Of a stretch of DNA of 64,000 nucleotides, positions 58,613 through 64,000 are shown piece by piece. The notes under the pieces were generated by a model, which saw only the letters and a list, made by a program, of their open reading frames with translations, searched no databases and had not been told where the DNA came from. Both the position numbers and the translations under genes were made by a program. How positions within the stretch are numbered: position 1 is the first letter of the stretch; each line of letters starts with the position of its first letter. Source of the stretch: Actinomycetota bacterium (lineage in GTDB: Bacteria > Actinomycetota > Acidimicrobiia > Acidimicrobiales > Ilumatobacteraceae); contig JAQCJO010000002.1 of NCBI GenBank assembly GCA_027592925.1, forward strand, positions 5,617 to 69,616, in the 5' to 3' direction.

Positions 58613-59643
58613 TGCAATGAAATCTGCACTGCACCGTCAACGAAACTACCTGCACGCCACCAGGCACCGCTCTGCAACAACACTGCCGCAGTTGGTTCGT
58701 CTACTGCTGCAAGTAATCCGCCCGAAGTTTGGGGGTCAAAACACAATGCAGTCGCTGCGTCATCGTTGGCAGCATCTACAAAGTTGCCCTCTACATAGTC
58801 ACGGTTACGCGGGTCTCCACCCGTGCGCACACCGCGCTGTGCTGCTTGCCTCGCACCCGGATACGCCTGCAATAAATGGGCCTCTATGACAAGTGCTACT
58901 GCGCTGCGATCGGCCATTTCCCAACCATGTCCAGCCAATCCGTAGCCCGTCACATCGGTTACCGCGTGCACACCAGCGCCAAAACTTTGCAGTTGCTCAG
59001 ACGCCACACGATTCAGCGTGCGCATCCCAGCAATGGCTGCATCTTTGTCAACATCTGATCCACCAGCAAGTGCCAGCCCAGTGCCAAGTGGCTTCGACAT
59101 CACAGCAATGTCGCCAACCCGTGCGCCACTCTTGCGGAAAATATGTTTTGGATTGACGACGCCTTGCACGGCGAGCCCAAAAATTGGTTCTGGATTACGA
59201 ATGGTGTGACCGCCAGCAATACTTCCGCCTGCCTCTACGACCACAAGTGCGGCTGCGGCAAATATTTGAGCGATAGCGGTTGGAGGAAAGTGTTCAGGAA
59301 ACGCAGCGATATTGACAGCCATCACCACACGGCCACCCATTGCGAACACATCGCTGCATGCATTGGCTGCGGCAATCGCACCAAAATCACTTGGGTCATC
59401 AACGAGTGGCGGAAAAAAATCGGTTGTACTTACCAAGGCAACATCATCTGTCACTTGGTACACGGCTGCATCGTCAAAAGGTGCAAGACCGACCAATAGC
59501 GCAGGATCAAGTGACGCAGGAAATTCGCTCACCAAGTCGGCGAGCAATGTAGCCCCCCATTTGGCTGCGCATCCACCGCACGATGTCCATTCGGTGAGAC
59601 GTAACGGCGAGAGGCTCGGCGAATTGCTCGACACGTTGCTCAT
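58609..59643 (-). CDS. selD: selenide, water dikinase (selenophosphate synthetase), Cys-type
   Basis: Colinear with E. coli SelD: LTEWTSCGGCAAK (Cys-x2-Lys catalytic loop), LLVG...DDAAVY, STTDFFPPLVDDPSDFGAIAAANACSDVFAMGG, GGHTIRNPEPIFGLAV, TDVTGYGLAGH, CFDPQTSGGLLAAV. Confidence 0.9.
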   Translation of the reverse strand: MSNVSSNSPSLSPLRLTEWTSCGGCAAKWGATLLADLVSEFPASLDPALLVGLAPFDDAAVYQVTDDVALVSTTDFFPPLVDDPSDFGAIAAANACSDVFAMGGRVVMAVNIAAFPEHFPPTAIAQIFAAAALVVVEAGGSIAGGHTIRNPEPIFGLAVQGVVNPKHIFRKSGARVGDIAVMSKPLGTGLALAGGSDVDKDAAIAGMRTLNRVASEQLQSFGAGVHAVTDVTGYGLAGHGWEMADRSAVALVIEAHLLQAYPGARQAAQRGVRTGGDPRNRDYVEGNFVDAANDDAATALCFDPQTSGGLLAAVDEPTAAVLLQSGAWWRAGSFVDGAVQISLQ

Positions 59644-60953
59644 TAGACAAAGCCTAGAAGCAGCGTCTCGCCGGTTGCTTCAACAGAAGTCCAAGTCGGA
59701 TCACACTTGCCTGCGGTCAGTTTGATTCCAGCAGGCCCAGCAACTTCCCACAACAATGCAGGTTTTTCGCCATGCCAACGAATACCAAAACTCACCGTAT
59801 GTAGTGAGCCAGCAGCGACTCGATGACACTCCAGATTTGCTCCCAGCCATAGTCGAGGAATACCACGACCAAAAATTTGCACTGATCCATCGCGCTGCAC
59901 TGCCACCATTTTTTCTTCAACCCACGCAATAGCGCGAATATCAGTTGGCATGACGTTTGGTGGTTCGGCGCAACTGCTCAAGCGCAACTGTGCAGTTGCC
60001 ACATCGTCGGCTGCGCGATTCTCGCCCATGCGCGCAAACACAAATTGGGCCGCAAACAATGCGCGCTCTACATCCCACGGCAGTATTGACGCTTTCTTAT
60101 TATCTTTCAACAGGGTTTCAACAGATTGTGCAAGGCGCGAAGCGTGATCAACACGAATTTGTGCAGATTCGCTGTTGAGTTTCTCGCCCATACGCAACAA
60201 TTGTTGAAGCGTCAAGATGTATGCAACTGGATCATTGGCGCAATCTCCACCCGCACCAATAGCCCAATCTTCAATTTCATGTCCACTTAAAATCAATGCA
60301 TCACTGCGCAAGCGCGCAACAAGCGGGGCGACTGCGCCTTCAGGCACGATCACATATCCGGCTTGCTCAACAGCCTTGAGCCATCCCTTTTGCAGTTGTT
60401 CAAATGAAGGCAAGCGATCTAAATCAACAACTGTTTTCTCAACAGCGTTTGCGACATGCATTGCCGCGCGTAACGCAACGCGCAACGTGCTGCCGTGCGC
60501 AACGGGAAACACCACACTGCCAGCTGGCAACTCGATGCCTTGTGCGCCACGCGGGCTCGGAGTTCGAGATGAAACCACATCTGATCGCGTAAACGCAACT
60601 GCGATGGGCAATGTCGATTCGTTCGTGATCTCAATCACTACTAATCCACCCGCATCTGCAACGGCATACACGCGTTGAATTGCATCACCACCCGGGATCC
60701 GCAGGCGAGTTTCAATAACAGGCACGCCGGCGCGTCGTGTTTGGCGCACACTTGGCTCCACTGATGGGTCATGCCAGCGGTCGTCGGCAGCAATGTGCCA
60801 ATCAAGCACAGGGGATCCATCATTGAGTCGAACAGAGCCTCGCTCATTGACAATTGCGTTCCACCCACCGCCCCTGATACCCAACACATGGGCCGCTGGT
60901 CGCACGCGTGCACTGAGCGAAATTGACGAGATAACACCTTGCGTATCCGACAT
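59643..60953 (-). CDS. hypothetical protein, 436 aa, no recognisable family
   Basis: Long ORF with protein-like composition. It is translationally coupled on both sides (TAATG overlaps with gpsA and selD). The N-terminal ~150 aa look beta-rich, the middle helical and the C-terminus beta-rich. Confidence 0.7.
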   Translation of the reverse strand: MSDTQGVISSISLSARVRPAAHVLGIRGGGWNAIVNERGSVRLNDGSPVLDWHIAADDRWHDPSVEPSVRQTRRAGVPVIETRLRIPGGDAIQRVYAVADAGGLVVIEITNESTLPIAVAFTRSDVVSSRTPSPRGAQGIELPAGSVVFPVAHGSTLRVALRAAMHVANAVEKTVVDLDRLPSFEQLQKGWLKAVEQAGYVIVPEGAVAPLVARLRSDALILSGHEIEDWAIGAGGDCANDPVAYILTLQQLLRMGEKLNSESAQIRVDHASRLAQSVETLLKDNKKASILPWDVERALFAAQFVFARMGENRAADDVATAQLRLSSCAEPPNVMPTDIRAIAWVEEKMVAVQRDGSVQIFGRGIPRLWLGANLECHRVAAGSLHTVSFGIRWHGEKPALLWEVAGPAGIKLTAGKCDPTWTSVEATGETLLLGFV

Positions 60954-61285
60954 TATTCAGACCTAACAGATCTTGACATCAACGCCCGCAGAGAATCTTC
61001 GGCGCTCATGGTTCCTTCACATACGAGTGCAACTTGTTCAGCGATTGGCATCTCCACTCCATGTTGCTGTGCCAACTTCACTACAGCAGACGAGCTTTTT
61101 ACTCCCTCAGCAACCATGTTCATCGAACCAACGATCGCTGCGATCGATTCGCCTTTGCCCAACCGCACTCCCACTTGAGTGTTGCGGCTCTGCATCGATG
61201 CACACGTAGCCATGATGTCACCCATGCCTGCAAGGCCCGAAAAAGTGGGCGGTTGCGCGCCAAGCGCAACACCAAGCCGCGACAT
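60953..61285 (-). CDS. gpsA: glycerol-3-phosphate dehydrogenase [NAD(P)+], C-terminal fragment (gene interrupted by in-frame TAA)
   Basis: MSRLGVALGAQPPTFSGLAGMGDIMATCASMQSRNTQVG...VAEGV matches the GpsA C-terminal domain. The ATG directly follows the TAA that ends the N-terminal fragment, in the same frame. Confidence 0.85.
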   Translation of the reverse strand: MSRLGVALGAQPPTFSGLAGMGDIMATCASMQSRNTQVGVRLGKGESIAAIVGSMNMVAEGVKSSSAVVKLAQQHGVEMPIAEQVALVCEGTMSAEDSLRALMSRSVRSE

Positions 61286-61942
61286 TTATGCCAAACCACG
61301 AGTCACCAGAGTTGCTTTTGCGTTTTCGCCAAAGCCAAAACCCTGCGAAATTCCTGCCGCGATCGCAATGACGTTTTTTACCACTCCACCAACTTCGCAG
61401 CCAACTACATCGGGATTGGTGTACAACCGAAACGTGGGACAAGAAAATAAATCTTGTAACTGCGACGCAACCGCATCGTCACTACACGCGACAACACTCG
61501 CGGCTGGTTGACCTTGCAATATTTCGTGAGCAAGGTTTGGGCCGCTCAAAACAGCACGTGGGTTATTCGGCATCTCAGACGCCAGCACTTCACTCATCCG
61601 CAACAATGTCTCGCTCTCTAAACCCTTAGACAAACTCATAATCGGCACACTGGCGGCCACATGCTTCGCTACCTGCTGTGCAACATGACGAAAACCTTGC
61701 GCAGGCACTGCCATCGCAATCACATCTGCGTGTTTCACCAACCGCTCAAGATCCACTGATGCTTCAAGCTCAACGGGCAACATGTAATTGCCCAGATACG
61801 CGCTGTTTACATGTTGGGTATTGATCTCTTCAGCCAGCTCCAAGCGCCTCGTCCACAGTGAGGTCGCAGCGTTCTGCGAAACCAATGTGGCGATTGTGGT
61901 GCCCCATGATCCTGCCCCCACCACACATACTCGAGTCGTCAC
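61286..61942 (-). CDS. gpsA: glycerol-3-phosphate dehydrogenase [NAD(P)+], N-terminal fragment (ends at in-frame TAA 61286-61288)
   Basis: Contains VCVVGAGSWGTT, SLSKGLE and GGVVKNVIAIAAGI, and ends ...TLVTRGLA*. The start was trimmed to GTG 61942; the longer ORF to 62083 overlaps cofC. Confidence 0.85.
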   Translation of the reverse strand: MTTRVCVVGAGSWGTTIATLVSQNAATSLWTRRLELAEEINTQHVNSAYLGNYMLPVELEASVDLERLVKHADVIAMAVPAQGFRHVAQQVAKHVAASVPIMSLSKGLESETLLRMSEVLASEMPNNPRAVLSGPNLAHEILQGQPAASVVACSDDAVASQLQDLFSCPTFRLYTNPDVVGCEVGGVVKNVIAIAAGISQGFGFGENAKATLVTRGLA

Positions 61943-62000
61943 AATCGCCAAGGTTAGGCGAGCACGGCTACATCGACACAAGCACCAATAGGCTACGAAA

Positions 62001-62633
62001 ATGGTCGATTCGCACAAATCGTTCCCTCCGTCCGCATCTTCCATTGCCGTTGTCATTCCCATCAAGGCTTTCGAACAGGCCAAAGATCGACTCTCAAGTG
62101 TGCTCAGCGCAGATCAACGCGTGCTGCTCGCACGCGCAACTGCGCTTGGCGTTCTCGAGTCTGTGCCTGGCGCACCTGTATTTGTGGTTTGCGACAATCC
62201 CGAAGTTTCGCAGTGGGCGACTTCGCATGGTGCCACGGTGGTGTTTCAATCCGGCGCTGGATTAAACGCTGCCATACAAGAAGGCATCAGCGCTGCCCAC
62301 GAATACGAGCGAGTCATGATTGTGCATAGCGACTTGCCGCTGCCCCACAGACTTCGCGAGCTACTCGACTCGACAGTTGCCTCCAACACGGTCTCGATTG
62401 TGCCCGATCGACATCGCGATGGAACCAACGTATTGATCATTCCCCCAGGTATGGGATTCAAGTGCCATTACGGTGCAAAAAGCTTTGCAGCACATATGGC
62501 CGAGGCAAACAAACTTGGACTAGTACTTGAAATAATTGAAGATGACGAACTCGCGCTTGACATCGATACACCCGATGACCTGAATGCACTGCCGACTCAG
62601 TGGCTTGAGCAACACAACATCACTCGTTTTTGA
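62001..62633 (+). CDS. cofC: 2-phospho-L-lactate / phosphoenolpyruvate guanylyltransferase (F420 biosynthesis)
   Basis: Contains AVVIPIKAFEQAKDRLS, HSDLPL and LDIDTPDDL. It is divergent from gpsA, as fbiD (Rv2983) is from gpdA2 (Rv2982c) in M. tuberculosis. Confidence 0.85.
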   Translation: MVDSHKSFPPSASSIAVVIPIKAFEQAKDRLSSVLSADQRVLLARATALGVLESVPGAPVFVVCDNPEVSQWATSHGATVVFQSGAGLNAAIQEGISAAHEYERVMIVHSDLPLPHRLRELLDSTVASNTVSIVPDRHRDGTNVLIIPPGMGFKCHYGAKSFAAHMAEANKLGLVLEIIEDDELALDIDTPDDLNALPTQWLEQHNITRF

Positions 62634-62636
62634 AAT

Positions 62637-62670
62637 AAAAAAAGATCGAGGGGCTTAAAGCCCCTCGATC
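62637..62670 (-). terminator. rho-independent terminator of the hup / mini-ORF transcript (possibly bidirectional)
   Basis: On the minus strand, GATCGAGGGGCTT-T-AAGCCCCTCGATC forms a 13-bp perfect arm pair, followed by TTTTTTT. On the plus strand the same hairpin follows cofC but lacks a U-tract. Confidence 0.85.
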
Positions 62671-62708
62671 TCACAGTTCTCCGAACCGATTTGTTTTTGC
62701 CTAAGGCC

Positions 62709-62837
62709 TTATTTCTTTTTTGCAGCCTTACGCTTTTTGCGCTTGGCTGGTGCCTTCTTAGCGGCCTTCTTAGCCTTCTTGCGCTTTGCTGGTGCCTTCT
62801 TTGGTGCCTTCTTAGCCTTCTTGCGCTTTGCTGCCAT
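62709..62837 (-). CDS. 42-aa Lys/Ala/Pro-rich basic mini-protein (detached HupB-tail-like)
   Basis: Manual translation gives MAAKRKKAKKAPKKAPAKRKKAKKAAKKAPAKRKKRKAAKKK*. A strong SD AAGGAG sits 7 nt before the ATG. The ORF is in frame with hup, 21 nt after its TAA, and is below the ORF-track size cut-off. Confidence 0.6.
   Translation of the reverse strand: MAAKRKKAKKAPKKAPAKRKKAKKAAKKAPAKRKKRKAAKKK
62712..62831 (-). repeat. tandem 42-nt coding repeat (2 near-identical copies + 1 degenerate copy) inside the mini-ORF
   Basis: Copies at 62790-62831 and 62748-62789 differ at 3 of 42 nt and both encode AKRKKAKKA(P/A)KKAP. A degenerate third unit lies at 62712-62747. Confidence 0.8.
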
Positions 62838-62858
62838 GATTTTCTCCTTGGTTAGGTA

Positions 62859-63146
62859 TTACTTTTTACGGTTTGGATTCAATTCACTCTTCAGCGTTGA
62901 GCTTGAAGTGAACTTCATTGCTGTACTAGCAGGAACTTGAACCGGTGCACCCGTTTGTGGGTTACGGCCAACTCTTGCCTTGCGGTTTGAAGTGCTGAAC
63001 GAGCCAAAGCCCGGCCATGCAACTTTCTCACCCTTCATCGCTGAGGCTACGACCAGTTCAAAAAAAGCTCCGATTGTCTTTTCGGCTTCCGCCTTGGAGA
63101 CTCCTGCTTTTTCTGACACTGCATCTATGAGCTCTGCTTTTGTCAT
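62859..63146 (-). CDS. hup: HU-family nucleoid-associated DNA-binding protein (short form, 95 aa)
   Basis: Starts MTKAELIDAVSEKAGVSKAEAEK and contains GFGSFSTSNRKARVGRNPQTGAPV. SD AAGG lies upstream. Confidence 0.93.
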   Translation of the reverse strand: MTKAELIDAVSEKAGVSKAEAEKTIGAFFELVVASAMKGEKVAWPGFGSFSTSNRKARVGRNPQTGAPVQVPASTAMKFTSSSTLKSELNPNRKK

Positions 63147-63575
63147 TGCTTACCTTGCTTTCTCGGTTTCGGAATACCGCTTCGCCATATATTTGAGTAG
63201 GTCTGCCGACAAATTGCAAGCATTGAACGATTCTGCATCCAGTTTTTGAAAGTGAATGCCAAAAATCCTGATTGTCGGAAAATTTGCCTGCATTGCAAAA
63301 ATTTGTCGATCTTAGGACACAAATTTTCGATCCAAACATCGTCTTGGGTCGCGACAGCAAAGCAGTCTGCTCTGCCGATCCATTTCCTGTGAACACGGGA
63401 TAACCCATATGGGTATTGAGTTTGCCGACCATCTCGACTGATCAATTTTCGTATTTACGGTCGATTTTTCATCTGCAACACGGATTCATAATGATCTCGT
63501 TATCGGCATGGACAATCAGGGAAACTTCATCCTAGAACCAGCGCACAGCCCCCAAATTTTCAGAAATCCCAGACC

Positions 63576-63655
63576 AAAAAAATATTTTGAAAAAATTTCA
63601 AAAAAATTCTCAAAATTACCGAAAATTTCTCGAAATTACGAAAAAGTTCCAGAAA
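63576..63655. repeat. phased A-tract array (predicted intrinsically curved DNA)
   Basis: A-tracts start at 63576, 63590, 63600, 63612, 63622, 63633, 63641 and 63652, with spacings of 14, 10, 12, 10, 11, 8 and 11 nt. The repeated unit is roughly GAAAAWTTYC. Confidence 0.5.
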
Positions 63656-63660
63656 GTCCC

Positions 63661-63689
63661 CTTGGGAGAAACTCCCAAGTTTAATTTTT
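63661..63689 (+). terminator. terminator-like hairpin CTTGGGAG-AAA-CTCCCAAG followed by TTTAATTTTT
   Basis: A perfect 8-bp stem with a 3-nt loop and a T-rich tail on the plus strand. No annotated plus-strand gene lies upstream, so the function is unknown. Confidence 0.3.
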
Positions 63690-63785
63690 GGCAACAACTT
63701 TGAACTCCACAGCCATAACGGATTCAGACCGAAGTTGTCAAGCGAGCATCCACCAACATGCTCGGTCGACACAGCACAATAAGCA

Positions 63786-64000
63786 TTGTTGCTTACACAT
63801 GACTCGCACTCAGAACAGAATCTTGAACGGGGTGAGTCAGATCGCCGACTCTTCAACATAGATTCTGCAACTTCTCGAGCAACTCGAGTTGTACTTGACA
63901 CTTCCGTTCTTGTTGCAGATCCAATGAGCATGCTCAACTTCGTTGGTTGCGATGTTGTGATTCCACTCACTGTTGTTGAAGAGTTGGACGGACTGAAAAC
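63786..64000 (+). CDS. PhoH-like ATPase with N-terminal PIN domain (YlaK family), partial, 5' end only
   Basis: Manual translation gives ...RVVLDTSVLVADPMSMLNFVGCDVVIPLTVVEELDGLK, the classic PIN-PhoH N-terminus. The frame opens after TAA at 63780-82, and the start is probably TTG 63786 or 63789. The overlapping minus-strand ORF 63560..63970 is rejected. Confidence 0.65.
   Translation, partial: MLLTHDSHSEQNLERGESDRRLFNIDSATSRATRVVLDTSVLVADPMSMLNFVGCDVVIPLTVVEELDGLK

Noticed and set aside
58609-59643. Possibility that the selD-like gene is really thiL (a PurM-superfamily paralogue found near gpsA in other actinobacteria), or that it contains a Sec (TGA) codon.
   Set aside because: The sequence is colinear with SelD along its whole length (Cys-x2-Lys loop, DDAAVY, STTDFF..VDDP.DFG, EPIFGLAV, CDPQTSGGLL) and unlike ThiL. 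The catalytic residue is encoded by a Cys codon, and the ORF has no internal TGA.
61286-62861. Two in-frame TAA interruptions within 1.6 kb (gpsA and hup/mini-ORF) could suggest TAA reassignment or programmed readthrough.
   Set aside because: TAA is used as an ordinary terminator by many well-delimited genes in this window (for example galK, the HAD hydrolase, and gpsA-C/ORF436 with TAATG overlaps). The mini-ORF has its own strong SD and ATG. A genome-wide recoding is therefore not supported. Local readthrough remains untested.
62737-62940. Plus-strand 67-aa ORF with hydrophobic repeats (AFLAAFLAFLRFAGAFFGAFLAFLRF) that could be mistaken for a membrane peptide.
   Set aside because: It is the antisense reading of the Lys/Ala repeat mini-ORF and of the hup 3' end. 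It has no SD, and it crosses the hup gene.
63143-63445. 100-aa minus-strand ORF upstream of hup whose TGA overlaps the hup ATG (ATGA), suggesting a coupled upstream gene. A second long ORF (63058..63432) lies in another frame.
   Set aside because: The composition is non-protein-like (5 Trp, 4 Cys, 11 Arg and 10 Gln in 100 aa). There is no SD and no recognisable family. Two frames being open over the same stretch points to base-composition bias. I treat the region as the hup 5' region and keep only a note for ribosome-profiling checks.
63560-63970. 136-aa minus-strand ORF at the window end.
   Set aside because: Its 5' half is antisense to the clearly homologous PIN-PhoH N-terminus on the plus strand. 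Its 3' half is low-complexity translation of the A-tract array (FLELFRNFEKFSVILRIFLKFFQNIF).

Overview
The window is a very gene-dense stretch of an actinobacterial chromosome, about 96 % coding by my own calls, with roughly 63 protein-coding ORFs or fragments. I recognised no rRNA, tRNA, CRISPR array, transposase, integrase or prophage. All family assignments were made by eye from motifs; no searches were run.

The actinobacterial assignment rests on several genes:
- a fused OdhA/Kgd-type 2-oxoglutarate dehydrogenase (1221 aa)
- mycothiol conjugate amidase Mca
- F420 biosynthesis gene cofC/fbiD, plus several F420-type enzymes (two LLM oxidoreductases and a PPOX-class enzyme)
- NucS, an LCP protein and a glf-glfT2 pair
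- gpsA / cofC / hup synteny resembling M. tuberculosis Rv2982c-Rv2986c

Most content is housekeeping or lipid and central metabolism:
- central metabolism and translation: kgd, accA plus birA, lysS, dapD, ettA, cysQ, galK, xthA, rnhB
- lipid and redox enzymes: an acyl-CoA mutase large subunit, an acyl-CoA ligase, SDRs, alpha/beta hydrolases, a geranylgeranyl-reductase-like flavoprotein
- nucleases and helicases: a UvrD-like helicase, a Cas4-like nuclease, thermonuclease, an NYN-S1 protein and a partial PIN-PhoH gene
- signalling and regulation: a PAS-GGDEF-EAL protein, a tandem (Mce3R-like) TetR and a sirtuin
- cell envelope: LCP, a SpoIID-SGNH-PG-binding fusion, glf/glfT2 and PAP2

Genes are tightly packed. 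There are many 1-4 nt stop/start overlaps, and convergent gene ends overlap by up to 86 nt.

The observations most worth a second look all lie in the last 9 kb:
1. A Cys-type selD with no known selenium-utilisation partner in the window. It is translationally coupled in an operon gpsA - unknown 436-aa ORF - selD - rnhB.
2. gpsA is split by a single in-frame TAA at the conserved Glu codon of TRGLAEM, directly followed by ATG.
3. A short HU gene is followed, in the same frame after TAA plus 21 nt, by a separate 42-aa Lys/Ala/Pro mini-ORF with its own strong Shine-Dalgarno sequence. This mini-ORF looks like the detached C-terminal tail of mycobacterial HupB.
4. One 640-bp non-coding island makes up about 29 % of all non-coding DNA in the window. 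It contains phased A-tracts and a terminator-like hairpin.
5. A ThiF/MoeB-type E1 enzyme carries its rhodanese domain at the N-terminus instead of the C-terminus.

I see no clear-cut multi-gene defence or mobile system. The selD operon is my best candidate for undescribed biology, and it remains an inference.
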